DNA of 59,455 bases. It comes from Oligoflexales bacterium (GTDB taxonomy: Bacteria; Bdellovibrionota_B; Oligoflexia; Oligoflexales; RGVZ01). A program made the position numbers and the translations under genes. Each line of letters opens with the position of its first letter. Position 1 is the first letter of the stretch. The DNA is taken from NCBI GenBank assembly GCA_044360315.1, contig JBIKKO010000005.1, positions 1 through 59,455 on the forward strand, read 5' to 3'. This document shows, piece by piece, positions 1 through 9,741 of the stretch. The notes under the pieces are model-generated. The model saw only the letters and a list, made by a program, of their open reading frames with translations, ran no database searches and had not been told where the DNA came from.

Positions 1-1
1 A

Positions 2-115
2 GTGGTGGCTCAAGGACGTGTTCGTCGTAGCCGTCTTTATTATCTGCGTGACTTGTCCGGTAAGGCTGCTCGTATCCGCAGTCGTTATATTAGTGGCGAA
101 GCTTCGGAATCTTAA
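2..115 (+). CDS. rplS: 50S ribosomal protein L19, C-terminal part (runs off window start)
   Basis: Manual translation VVAQGRVRRSRLYYLRDLSGKAARI..., the typical L19 C-terminal motif (G.VRR..LYYLR...GKAARI); stop TAA at 113-115. Confidence 0.95.
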   Translation: MVAQGRVRRSRLYYLRDLSGKAARIRSRYISGEASES

Positions 116-142
116 TCAACCGCTAGATAACTTTGTTTCTAC

Positions 143-190
143 ACAAAACACCTGGTTGGCAAACAGCCGGGTGTTTTGTTTTGATTTTTT
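143..190 (+). terminator. Intrinsic terminator after rplS, possibly bidirectional
   Basis: ACAAAACACCTGGTTG-GCAAA-CAGCCGGGTGTTTTGT stem followed by a T-rich tract. Confidence 0.8.
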
Positions 191-263
191 GTCGAAAAGA
201 GTTCGAGTGGCAGTTTAAGCTTAACTAGGAATCATCGCTTGAAGTCAAGGTCCGCCCCTAACG

Positions 264-677
264 TTATGAAGATAGAACATTGGGCCATCGATAAGCTTTA
301 ATTTTCTGATCGTTACTAAAAAGATCAACGGCAATGAGATCTACCGTTAAGGTTTTAATCACCGTATCATTTGCCGATAGTTTTCCAAGAATGTGATTAA
401 GGCCTCGGGTAAGGGCGGCTTTTTTTCGCGCTCCAATCCAGGTGCGTGTGGTGTTCATGTCTGGCGGGTGTTTCGGGTTTAATCGTGTTTTGACCTCAAG
501 AACACACAGAGTGGACCCTCGTCTAACAACTATATCAAGTTCAAATCCAATGTGGCGCAAGCCTTTTGCAAGAAGTTGGAATCCGCTAGCGTCAGCCCAG
601 CAAGCAACGAGTCCTTCTCCAAGTTTTGCTAAGGTTTGAGACGTCAGATCCCTTGCCGGTGGGAGTGTGTGGGGCAT
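264..677 (-). CDS. YraN/UPF0102-family predicted endonuclease (divergent)
   Basis: GE...GF.L...R...ELDIV...LCVLEVKTR motif; lies directly downstream of rnhB as usual; start 677 chosen over 755, uncertain. Confidence 0.75.
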   Translation of the reverse strand: MPHTLPPARDLTSQTLAKLGEGLVACWADASGFQLLAKGLRHIGFELDIVVRRGSTLCVLEVKTRLNPKHPPDMNTTRTWIGARKKAALTRGLNHILGKLSANDTVIKTLTVDLIAVDLFSNDQKIKAYRWPNVLSS

Positions 678-771
678 GGTGATTTGGGATACTCCGGTAG
701 TGGAGGAGCTACCCCAAAAATTCTGCAAGTTGGAGCGGTCAGAGGGGGCTATCATCGTTTATACGACTCAA

Positions 772-1434
772 TCACTGGAAGTTTATGGAGTCTAGGGTAT
801 TAAGATCTCGAATGGGCGCGAAGTTTCTGCGATGAAGTTCGCAAATACCGTGCTCATTGATTGCTTTGATGTGTTCTGCTGTGCCGTAGCCAACATGGCG
901 CTCAAAACCCCAAAGGGGGTACTGCTGGGCTTGGTCTTGCATCAAATGATCGCGAAACTCCTTAGCGAGGATCGACGCGGCTGCAATTGAAAAGCATAAA
1001 CTATCGCCTTTGACGATGGGAATCTGACGGATGTCCTGTCCAGCAATATTCTGGTTTCCATCAACTAAAAGTAACGTCGGATGAAACGGTTTCAACGACG
1101 CAATCGCGCGATTCATCGCCAGAAATGTGGCTTTGAGGATGCCAATCGACTCAATCTCTCGCGCAGAGGCATGTCCGATTGCATGGGCAGTGCTGATCTC
1201 TTGTATGAGGTCTACAAGCTCAGCCCGCTGTTTAGCCGAAAGTGTCTTGCTGTCTCTAATCTTAGCTCTCGTCAGAGTATTCAAACTATGAAGCTTGACA
1301 TAGTCCAACACCACTGCAGCAGCCACAACGGGACCTGCAATACAGCCACGCCCGACCTCGTCAACTCCGGCGAGAATAAAACCCTTTTCTCGCCACTCTT
1401 GCTCGATCGCGCCTTTGATTAAATGCTTGGCCAT
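772..1434 (-). CDS. rnhB: Ribonuclease HII
   Basis: GVDEVGRG, DSK, LLVDG, KGD...IAAASILAK, GYGT, HRR motifs. Confidence 0.97.
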   Translation of the reverse strand: MAKHLIKGAIEQEWREKGFILAGVDEVGRGCIAGPVVAAAVVLDYVKLHSLNTLTRAKIRDSKTLSAKQRAELVDLIQEISTAHAIGHASAREIESIGILKATFLAMNRAIASLKPFHPTLLLVDGNQNIAGQDIRQIPIVKGDSLCFSIAAASILAKEFRDHLMQDQAQQYPLWGFERHVGYGTAEHIKAINEHGICELHRRNFAPIRDLNTLDSINFQ

Positions 1435-1454
1435 ATGCCGAAGCTTTCTCCCCC

Positions 1455-1781
1455 CTAGAGGGCTTTGTTTAGCATGTCGACAAGCTTCGCCTTCGGGACT
1501 GCGCCAACTGCGCTATCCACGACTTTGCCGTTTTTCATGATGACCAAATAAGGGATGGAGCGAACGCCAAATTGTGATGGTGTATTAGCGTTTTCATCTA
1601 CGTTCATCTTTGCGATGGTGACTCGACCTTTGAATTCCTCAGCCAATTGTTCTAGGGTTGGCGCGATGGCAACACATGGTCCACACCATGGCGCCCAAAA
1701 ATCCAATAAAACTGGCACGGAAGATTTCACGACAGCGGATTCGAAATTAGAGTCGTTTACATTGATTGTATTTTGGCCCAT
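1455..1781 (-). CDS. trxA: Thioredoxin
   Basis: DFWAPWCGPC active site, 108 aa, VRSIP; AGGAG RBS. Confidence 0.97.
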   Translation of the reverse strand: MGQNTINVNDSNFESAVVKSSVPVLLDFWAPWCGPCVAIAPTLEQLAEEFKGRVTIAKMNVDENANTPSQFGVRSIPYLVIMKNGKVVDSAVGAVPKAKLVDMLNKAL

Positions 1782-1948
1782 GGCTATTCTCCTATGAAGA
1801 GTCTTAGACCTCTATTGAAGCCAAGAGTCACGTGTTTGTAAAGCGATGATGACAGTGACTTGAAGCAATATTTTAAAAACTGATGTGCATCCAGGCAGCA
1901 GCAGTCGCCGGTACCTGAGACAGGTGGTCCATTATGAAGTCTTTGTGG

Positions 1949-2974
1949 CTATAGCGTTGTCACCCGAAGACCAGGCCCACCGACAGTAACATCCATGACT
2001 TGTCCGCCAGCTGCAGTCATAGCTTTCGCCACCTGGTTCACACGATCAATGGGACAAAAGACTCCCATGACCCCGCCACCACCGGCACCACAGACCCGTG
2101 TAAACGTTGCGCCTGCCTCTTTAGCAGCCTGATCAATGTTCTTTGTTTCGGAGGTCTCAATATTAGGCCACAAGGCTGTGCGTAAATGCCACTCACGTTT
2201 TGAAGCATGAATGGCATCTTTCCAAGATGACTTGGCTATTGCTTCAGCACAGTCTGCAGCTTCATGTCCAATTGCAGCAATTTTTGCGACCAGGTCCTTG
2301 TCACCATCGAAGATTCGCTTAAAAATTTCCCAGTTATTTATGGCGCTTGCGCGAGACTTGCCGCTGTAACAGCAAATGAGGCTAAAGTCTTGTCCCTGCC
2401 AGATGGAGCCAGGTAGTGTGGTGACATCTGTCCTTCCAAACGGAAATTTTATGATATTGATTCCGCCGCGGACTCCGCCCCAGTAATCTTGAACACCGGT
2501 TGGTGCATGAATGACTCGTGACTCAACATCTTGCGCCGTGCGAACTATTTCAGATTCATGAGGGACTTGGTAACTATGATCAAACCGGCGTCTGGCTTCG
2601 GCCACGGCCCTAGCGAATGCCACAGCCAAGCAGCTCGATCCACCAAGGCCAGCTCCTGCGGGTGATTGGGCAGAGGTCTTGATGTTGATAGGGGGAAGAT
2701 TTCGGTCCCAGAAGGCGCTTAGTAGTAGTGAGAATAGACGAAGCTTTGTCGAGGTGGTGATTGTGTCAAACGAGCCGGCGTCGAAGAGCTTTTGATCGGT
2801 ACTTTCGAAGCGAAATTGTAGGTCTGTTGACGGAGTAATTTCAACCGATGCATCAAGATTTACGGCAACGTTGACTGTGGCTTTACGATCGAGAAGGTTG
2901 TGAATGGGCCAAAGATCAAGTGTTCCGCCAGCGAGATCAACCCGCGTAGGTGCCGTTGCAATGATTTTGAACAT
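1949..2974 (-). CDS. GHMP-family sugar kinase (HddA-like)
   Basis: APTRVDLAGG.D, PAGAGLGGSS, TGVQD, GAGGGG motifs. Confidence 0.85.
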   Translation of the reverse strand: MFKIIATAPTRVDLAGGTLDLWPIHNLLDRKATVNVAVNLDASVEITPSTDLQFRFESTDQKLFDAGSFDTITTSTKLRLFSLLLSAFWDRNLPPINIKTSAQSPAGAGLGGSSCLAVAFARAVAEARRRFDHSYQVPHESEIVRTAQDVESRVIHAPTGVQDYWGGVRGGINIIKFPFGRTDVTTLPGSIWQGQDFSLICCYSGKSRASAINNWEIFKRIFDGDKDLVAKIAAIGHEAADCAEAIAKSSWKDAIHASKREWHLRTALWPNIETSETKNIDQAAKEAGATFTRVCGAGGGGVMGVFCPIDRVNQVAKAMTAAGGQVMDVTVGGPGLRVTTL

Positions 2975-3051
2975 GACTGAAGCTCCCAGAGCGTTTGTAT
3001 GCTAATATTCAAAGAATCAGTATAGCATACGATTGCTTGGAAGGAGTGCTG

Positions 3052-3585
3052 TTGGCGACGACAAACCAGCTATTTGATCAAAAGCGAATGCGTGTATGTC
3101 ATTGGAATGCGACACCAGGTTTCGTATCTGCAGCCTCTGCCATGATTGAGCATCATTTGAAGCTTTTGATCAAACTTGATTTAATTTCCGTGCGCGCCCT
3201 CGATGATCCTTTGATTACGCCGGCTGATTTGCTATTAATTTCAGCAGAAGGCCTAGATGATGAACATTATCCCACATGGCTAAAAAGTATAAGTCCAAGG
3301 ATTCCCTCTAATCATGGTATTACCGTACCCACGTTCATCTTTGGGACGATCTCACCTGCTGTCCAATCCGAGATTTTGCGCTGGGCGGTTGAAGTGAACT
3401 GGTATTTTGATATTGTCGATCCTCAGCATGCATCCAGCTTGATGATAAGGGTTGCTAACTTTTTACGGATTCATGACCATTTGCACGAGGTGCGCCGCAT
3501 GACTGAGGTCACGACCAAGCTTCAAGCAAAGGTTGAATCTATGGAGGATCAGATGCAGCAGATTTTGAAAGGTTCAAGGGATTAG
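3052..3585 (+). CDS. Hypothetical protein, possibly a degenerate receiver-like domain plus coiled coil
   Basis: Long ORF; TTG at 3052 follows AAGGAG; translationally coupled to the next ORF. Confidence 0.6.
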   Translation: MATTNQLFDQKRMRVCHWNATPGFVSAASAMIEHHLKLLIKLDLISVRALDDPLITPADLLLISAEGLDDEHYPTWLKSISPRIPSNHGITVPTFIFGTISPAVQSEILRWAVEVNWYFDIVDPQHASSLMIRVANFLRIHDHLHEVRRMTEVTTKLQAKVESMEDQMQQILKGSRD

Positions 3586-3875
3586 TGACCTTCATTGATA
3601 TTAAAAATTTATCTGACGAAGCACTGGTAGCTCAGTATGTGATCGAGCTGATGGGTCACGGTCACTTTTTGTCGAAAGAAGATTATTTACGCCTGGATCG
3701 GTGGAGGTCTTACTGTTCTTCGGCTGATGAGCTGCTTTTGGTTTTAGATGAAATTCTACCAGAGAAAGTTGCGAAGTCTCGCTCAAAAGGCAAAAAGGTC
3801 TTTTCACTCTCGGCGATCAGCAAAGCGGTTGAAAAAAGACTTTCAGAGCGGAAACTGATGTTGGATGGGGGTTAG
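3585..3875 (+). CDS. Hypothetical protein
   Basis: 96-aa ORF overlapping the upstream stop by 1 nt and ending 2 nt before the ferredoxin gene. Confidence 0.6.
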   Translation: MTFIDIKNLSDEALVAQYVIELMGHGHFLSKEDYLRLDRWRSYCSSADELLLVLDEILPEKVAKSRSKGKKVFSLSAISKAVEKRLSERKLMLDGG

Positions 3876-3877
3876 AC

Positions 3878-4273
3878 GTGCATCGTGATGAAAACGCAGA
3901 GCTGCAAAAAATTGTTGAGCGTCTAAAGATTGATCGTATTAAACGCCATATTCTTCTTTGTACGGGTGATAAATGCTGCCCCTCAGAAGAAGGAATGAAG
4001 ACGTGGGATTACCTTAAAGAGAGAACCCGTGATTCTGATGCCATCGAAGCTGGGATTTATCGCACCAAGGTGGGATGTCTGCGGGTTTGTCGCGAGGGGC
4101 CTATCGCTTTGGTATACCCTGAGGGAGTTTGGTACAAACGGGTCACGGTGGATGCTTGCAAGAAGATTTTTGAGCAGCATCTTTTAGGGGGGAAGGTTGT
4201 GGAGGAGTTAAAGTTTGCTGAACAGCCACTTCACCCCGGGAGTGATTCAAGGGACCTCTGGGAGACTCCGTAG
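3878..4273 (+). CDS. Thioredoxin-like [2Fe-2S] ferredoxin
   Basis: HILLC...CC, CLRVCREGP, VYPEGVWY, EQHLLGG pattern. Confidence 0.88.
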   Translation: MHRDENAELQKIVERLKIDRIKRHILLCTGDKCCPSEEGMKTWDYLKERTRDSDAIEAGIYRTKVGCLRVCREGPIALVYPEGVWYKRVTVDACKKIFEQHLLGGKVVEELKFAEQPLHPGSDSRDLWETP

Positions 4274-5380
4274 GCGTTTGGGATGGAATGTGTCGGGGAC
4301 CGTTTTTGATGACCCTAAAGCGACCATATCGGCAAGGCCTCGACCTGCAGCAAAGCCAAGAGAGAGTCCTGATCCCATAAATCCAGATGCCAAGAGGATA
4401 CGAGACTCGTTATACCAGGGGCCGATCAGTGGTAGCTCGTCGCAGGTGTGAAGTTCGATTTGAGATTGGTATTTATCCGTTGCGGTCAGTTTAATCTCAA
4501 ACAAGTCCTCGATCTTTTCTTTGACGAGGATGTTTATTTTTGGCTCAAACTCAGCGTGGGCTGCCTCAACACCAGCCCATTTGCGCATGAATCGGCCACC
4601 TCCGGCAGTTAGCGTATGGTTCAATCCTACGGAAATCCAAAATTGACCGAATTCAGCTAAAATAAAGTTGCCTGGAATGAGCAGGGGATGATCTCCCTCT
4701 TTCGCAAAAGTACACCATTGGTCCGCATGATTGATCAAAACCGCCTGGAGATCTGGCAGCAGCGTTTTTAGGCCAAGATGACATGCCAGGATGATCATCT
4801 GCGCCTGTATGTTTTGACCTTTCGATGTTTGCACGAGCACGTGATCTGGAAAGCATCTCAACGAAGTGACATTTTCATTAAACATCGTGAGTTTGAGGTC
4901 TGTTTCGAGGCGATCTAGTAGCATGGCGGCATTGATAGTCGCCGACGCCGCTCCGTCGGACTGAGTGCTAAATTTTTTGCCTTGTTCAAGACCATGGTCG
5001 TATTGAGCTGGGAATCCCCGAGAGCTAAGCCAATGACTGGCAATCAACATTTCACGGGCTTCCATGGAGGAGCTTGTGATTCGGTAGACCTGCCCCTCGC
5101 AGTGAGTGACTCCTAGTAAGGAGGACTCTTTTAAGAGGTCACAAAAACCATGATAGTTCAGCCTTAGAAGGTCTGCTGCTACCTGTGACCCTTGTCCATG
5201 CACGGCGCGTGAGATGTTGTCGTGTAGAGAAACCGAAATGTAACTTGAACTAAGGGAGTTGCAATTGGTAAAATCCCGTTGGGGGCCAATCATACAGACG
5301 GATTTGATCCCATGACGCTTAAGGTGCAGGGCTGTGCTCATGGCGGTGATGCCGCGACCGGCTATGATAACGTCAAACAT
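4247..5380 (-). CDS. FAD-dependent oxidoreductase (DAO/DadA-like)
   Basis: N-terminal DVIIAGRGITA Rossmann motif; C-terminal DELPLIG and SGFMGSGLS. Confidence 0.8.
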   Translation of the reverse strand: MFDVIIAGRGITAMSTALHLKRHGIKSVCMIGPQRDFTNCNSLSSSYISVSLHDNISRAVHGQGSQVAADLLRLNYHGFCDLLKESSLLGVTHCEGQVYRITSSSMEAREMLIASHWLSSRGFPAQYDHGLEQGKKFSTQSDGAASATINAAMLLDRLETDLKLTMFNENVTSLRCFPDHVLVQTSKGQNIQAQMIILACHLGLKTLLPDLQAVLINHADQWCTFAKEGDHPLLIPGNFILAEFGQFWISVGLNHTLTAGGGRFMRKWAGVEAAHAEFEPKINILVKEKIEDLFEIKLTATDKYQSQIELHTCDELPLIGPWYNESRILLASGFMGSGLSLGFAAGRGLADMVALGSSKTVPDTFHPKRLRSLPEVP

Positions 5381-5467
5381 TGGGCTTAAGCTATAAATTA
5401 AGGTTGGTTCGCCTATATACTCGTTGAAAACAATGGTAAGCTATCTGCTAAGTCAATTCCACTTGCA

Positions 5468-6994
5468 ATGGATTATATTATGCATGCACAACAAATCAGA
5501 AACTATGCATTAACCGCCGTATTGGCTTTAGGTTTTGCGAACTCACATGCTTTCGCCGCGACCTTGGATGTGATTGGCTGGGGGCCAACATCTCATCTTA
5601 AGCCAAAAAAGGAGCCCCCAACATGGCTTGGCGATGATCCAATACTGGGTCGGCTTGCATGCCCAGCCGTGTTACGGCTTGAAGGGGACAAGCTTCAAAA
5701 TGACGCCTTACTTCTCAAGTCAAACCCCGTCATTGAGAAGGTAGACGGTGGCGAACGGTGGACTTTAACCCTACGCCCGGGACTGCGCTGGTGGTCAGGG
5801 GCCGCGATTGACGCAAATTCCCTGAAAGGGTGGTTGAAGTCGTCATTGCCCCAGGCTGTGACAGAAAAGCTTGGGGTTACATTCCCTGCTGACGTGGACT
5901 ATTCGGTTGCTGGGCCGTTGGTCGTCAAAGTCTTCTTTCCTAAGGCGCCGAGCTTTGGCCCTTATGTCCTATCAGGCGTTAGCTTTATTCGACCAACGTC
6001 GGATGAGGGTTTTGAGTGTGCTGGTCTCTATGCAATGGCGCTGACCTCTTATGGTGTCGATCTTGTGCTGAATAAGGGATACACTGCAAAGTTTGAGCGG
6101 ATTAAAGTTTTCACGTCGAGCACCGCCCTTGGAACAAGTTCTTCGCAGTTGAGATTTACAATGGCCAATCAGGCTTCGAGGGCGGCCACCACCTCCATTG
6201 AAACATCCTCTTGTACCAATCGGATCGATATTCCGTTGTTTACGACCATAATCTGGAATCCCTCCTCTCCCCTCTCCTCGTCAGCATTACTTCGCCAGGG
6301 CTTAACCATGGCTACCCCCCGAGGTGAGATTTTGCGCACCGCCGCAGGAGACATTGGATCTTTGGTATCGGCTCCCATTTTGCGGTCTCACCCCGGATAT
6401 AACTCTAAGACTTTGATTCGTCCCTATAATCTTGAGGCAGCCTCTCAGATCTTTGAACAGGCTGGTTTTAAGCAAGGTCACATCGGTTTGCCGCGATCAA
6501 AGACGGCCGATAAGCCGATTGTGATCGAAATCGCCCGAATGAGTGGCCGCCAAGACTTGGTTGAAAAGATCATCGGCGACTCTTTTGCATCGCTTGGGAT
6601 CGAGACTCACTTTGATGATTTGCCGAAAAGTGGCGCAGGGAAATTTGATGCCGTCATGGCTGGTATCTTTATCCCCATGTTATCACAAGATTTAAGGTCG
6701 GTTGCGCATTCAGCTGCGATTAAGACCAGCGGCAGAAATGGACAGTCGTTTCCTTTTGAGTATCAGGGCGATAAGAAGCTTGATGACTTGCTGGATGCCT
6801 ATTCTGTATCTCTCACGAAAGACAATGCTGATTTTGGTCTCCTCCGCCGTGTGCATGAGCGATGGTTTGAAGTTGAGCCTTGGACGGTCATCATGGCTCA
6901 TCAATATTGTGTTGAATCTAAGGGGTTAAAGGGTATTCCCAAGAAGATTAATGCTCGGGATGCCGACTGGTTTCGTAATCTAACGGTAGACTAG
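5468..6994 (+). CDS. ABC transporter substrate-binding protein, family 5-like (divergent)
   Basis: Signal peptide; WTLTLRPGLRW, LRQGL, PYNLEAA...AGF motifs. Confidence 0.65.
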   Translation: MDYIMHAQQIRNYALTAVLALGFANSHAFAATLDVIGWGPTSHLKPKKEPPTWLGDDPILGRLACPAVLRLEGDKLQNDALLLKSNPVIEKVDGGERWTLTLRPGLRWWSGAAIDANSLKGWLKSSLPQAVTEKLGVTFPADVDYSVAGPLVVKVFFPKAPSFGPYVLSGVSFIRPTSDEGFECAGLYAMALTSYGVDLVLNKGYTAKFERIKVFTSSTALGTSSSQLRFTMANQASRAATTSIETSSCTNRIDIPLFTTIIWNPSSPLSSSALLRQGLTMATPRGEILRTAAGDIGSLVSAPILRSHPGYNSKTLIRPYNLEAASQIFEQAGFKQGHIGLPRSKTADKPIVIEIARMSGRQDLVEKIIGDSFASLGIETHFDDLPKSGAGKFDAVMAGIFIPMLSQDLRSVAHSAAIKTSGRNGQSFPFEYQGDKKLDDLLDAYSVSLTKDNADFGLLRRVHERWFEVEPWTVIMAHQYCVESKGLKGIPKKINARDADWFRNLTVD

Positions 6995-7218
6995 TTTCCA
7001 TGCAACGGCCGATGGCAGACGTCAATGAGCAGATGGTCTTAAAAAAGCAGTAGCTTAGTCCAGGGACGCGCAACGTCAGATTAGGCGACAGCCCCATCGA
7101 GGTCGATTGGTAGCGCATTTTAGAATTTGATTGCTGTCAAACACCTCCAATGATTAGAATCCCCGCCATCTTGATTGCTCAGCATGAGCCCAAAGCGGCT
7201 TTAGAAAGAGAATGACTT

Positions 7219-7974
7219 GTGATCGTTTTAAAATCCGATTCAGAAATCGATAAGATGCGCGCTGCTGGCCGTTTGGCTGCAGAAACCCTAGCGATGATCG
7301 AAAAGCACATCCAGCCCGGCGTTTCAACGTTGGAATTGAATGATATTTGCCATGACTTTACGATTAGCCGCGGCGCTGTCTGTGCGCCTCTTAATTATCG
7401 AGGCTTTCCTAAAAGTATCTGCACCTCAGTTAATGATGTCGTTTGTCATGGGATCCCAAATCCAAAACAGATCTTAAAAGACGGAGACATTATTAACATC
7501 GACGTAACTCCGATATTGGATGGTTATCATGGTGATGCGTCGAAAACATTTTTTGTTGGATCAAACCCGTCGACGATGGCTCGACGATTGGTTCAGGTGA
7601 CGGAAGAATGTTTAGAGATTGGCATCAATCAGGTTCGTGTTGGCGCCCGAATCGGTGACATCGGCCACGCTATCCAGGCGCATGCGGAGAAAAATGGCTT
7701 CAGTGTGGTGCGAGACTTTGTTGGCCATGGCATCGGTCGCGTGTTCCATGAAGATCCCCAGATCCCTCATTACGGCGAGCCTGGAAAAGGTGTGCGGATT
7801 GAGCCGGGCATGACGTTTACCATCGAACCGATGATTAATGTCGGAGATTATCGCTGTAAAATCTTAAAGGATCGCTGGACGGCCGTGACAGTAGACCGAA
7901 GTCTATCTGCCCAGTTTGAGCATACGATAGCCATTCGTTCGAATGGAACAGTTGAGATTATGACCTTACCCTGA
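7219..7974 (+). CDS. map: Methionine aminopeptidase type I
   Basis: CTSVNDVVCHGIP, NIDV, GD, GHGIG..FHE, FTIEP, AQFEHT motifs. Confidence 0.97.
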   Translation: MIVLKSDSEIDKMRAAGRLAAETLAMIEKHIQPGVSTLELNDICHDFTISRGAVCAPLNYRGFPKSICTSVNDVVCHGIPNPKQILKDGDIINIDVTPILDGYHGDASKTFFVGSNPSTMARRLVQVTEECLEIGINQVRVGARIGDIGHAIQAHAEKNGFSVVRDFVGHGIGRVFHEDPQIPHYGEPGKGVRIEPGMTFTIEPMINVGDYRCKILKDRWTAVTVDRSLSAQFEHTIAIRSNGTVEIMTLP

Positions 7975-8052
7975 TCGTAGATGAGTATTCGTCAGCTGTG
8001 GTGCGGATGCGGCCATAGCGCAGCGGAGATCGCGTCTAAGGCAGCAGTGATC

Positions 8053-8349
8053 TTATTCAGGCTCGTCGTTAAATGAATTTAGATATAAAGCCAGCTCGTC
8101 TTCATAAATGATATCCGGGTCGACGAGGCGTTGCTGAATTTCTTTGATTTTTGCGTAGGCGGACGCAGCAACCTGAGCCACGCTGCTGGCCTCCTGCAGG
8201 CCTGCCTTCTTTAATAGTTCGAGAGCTTGCTCGGGGTTTGCTGCCATCTTTTCGTAGTGAGCAAGCCGTATGCCTCGCAATGTTCTAATTTCGTTTAGCG
8301 TTTCCTCGTCTAGGGTGGCATCGACAACAATTTTTACAGCGTTCACCAT
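8053..8349 (-). CDS. Hypothetical helical protein
   Basis: 98-aa ORF with a GGAG RBS and no competing ORF. Confidence 0.6.
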   Translation of the reverse strand: MVNAVKIVVDATLDEETLNEIRTLRGIRLAHYEKMAANPEQALELLKKAGLQEASSVAQVAASAYAKIKEIQQRLVDPDIIYEDELALYLNSFNDEPE

Positions 8350-8749
8350 GGCTTACTCCGGTTCTTTGAGCACCGCGTCACTACGCAGTCGCGCGTCTGT
8401 CCGCTTCTTTTGCAATGTCTAAGCCAATAGGTAAATCTATGATATTATTATAGTAAGCAGATGAGTTCAGGGTGGTTGTTGATAGTTTTTATCTACATTG
8501 TTCTTTGTTTAAACAGTTGAGCCTTTGGTTACGGCAAGTGTAATCGCTTCGCCTTGAAAGATTAATTTTCATGCAGGTCAGTATGTCCAACGGTCCCATC
8601 TAGGTTCCCGAAATGGCTTACGTCAGAAATTTCTTTTATCTTTATAATGACTTAATAAATTCTCAAGATCATAGACAAATAATTAAAAGATTGATTTTTT
8701 TGTAATGTAATTATAATAATAATAGTTGAGGACTCAAAAGGAGGCTCCC

Positions 8750-9610
8750 ATGTCAGCGCAAAGCGTCGTTTCTGGCTCAGTTCGAAACTACCGAGCTCGT
8801 GCAGTCGATGGAGTGAGGCAAAGCCTTGGTCGTTTAAACCCAGCTTACAAAGATTTCCAGGACCGGGTTCCGGTTCACTTTACAAAAGGTCATTTCACCG
8901 TGAAAACCGTGTCGTCAAAGCGTGAGCTTTGGCAGGTCATGACGTTGCGTTATGAGGTTTTTCACAGAGAGTATAAGAATAAGCTAATTCCCTTTGGGAT
9001 AGATCGCGATCGATATGACGTACTTGCCGATCACCTGGCGATCGTCGACAACCGAATCAATAAAATTGTTGGTACCTACCGATTGATCCCGAGCTGCAGG
9101 TCCGAGGATTTTTATTCAAAAACCGAGTTCGAAATGTCAGATTTTTTGCGTCGCGACGGCGTTAAGGTTGAGTTGAGCCGAGCGTGTATTCACAAGGATT
9201 ACAGAACGGGTGCTATCATCACCCTCTTGTGGAGGGGTATTATCGACTATCTAAATGCTGCAGGGGCGCAATGGCTGTTTGGTATGGGTAGTGTAAAGAC
9301 CATCGATTCGGATGAGATTACGGCTGTTTATAAGAGTTTTGCTGTGGATAAAGCTGTGGATGATTCATTTGATATCAGAGCGAAAGCCAACTATCGGATC
9401 AGTGACTTTTATGAGCGTCTTGAGGGCGCTGTCGTAACAGAAAGAGCGCAGGAGCTGATGCCCTCCCTTGTAAAGTCTTATGTGCGAGCTGGGGCTGTGA
9501 TTGTGGGTGATCCCGCAATTGATTTGGCCTTCAATTGTAGTGATCTTTTTGTGATTTTAGACGTCTCAAAGATCACTGCGGCGTTTAACCGTAAGTATCA
9601 GGTAAACTGA
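8750..9610 (+). CDS. GNAT-family N-acyltransferase (OlsB/Acetyltransf_5-like)
   Basis: LRYEVF, D.D.YD..ADHL, VGTYR, VELSRACIHKDYR, LW.GI, PSLVKSY, D..FN..D motifs; AAGGAGG RBS. Confidence 0.85.
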   Translation: MSAQSVVSGSVRNYRARAVDGVRQSLGRLNPAYKDFQDRVPVHFTKGHFTVKTVSSKRELWQVMTLRYEVFHREYKNKLIPFGIDRDRYDVLADHLAIVDNRINKIVGTYRLIPSCRSEDFYSKTEFEMSDFLRRDGVKVELSRACIHKDYRTGAIITLLWRGIIDYLNAAGAQWLFGMGSVKTIDSDEITAVYKSFAVDKAVDDSFDIRAKANYRISDFYERLEGAVVTERAQELMPSLVKSYVRAGAVIVGDPAIDLAFNCSDLFVILDVSKITAAFNRKYQVN

Positions 9611-9640
9611 AATAAATTTGCCTTAGATTTCTGATTTTCC

Positions 9641-9684
9641 AAACCCCGTAAAGCCCAGGGCTGAGCGGGGTTGTTGGTTTTTTG
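9641..9684 (+). terminator. Probable intrinsic terminator
   Basis: AACCCCG...CGGGGTT stem followed by GTTTTTT. Confidence 0.55.
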
Positions 9685-9741
9685 TTGGGCTCAAAGTAAA
9701 ATAAAAGACACACCCTAATAAGACACCACCAGGAGCCGACT

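Noticed and set aside
18-218. 66-aa ORF at the window start
   Set aside because: Out of frame with the real rplS end and runs through its terminator
4247-4273. 27-nt convergent overlap of the ferredoxin and oxidoreductase genes
   Set aside because: Short 3' overlaps are ordinary
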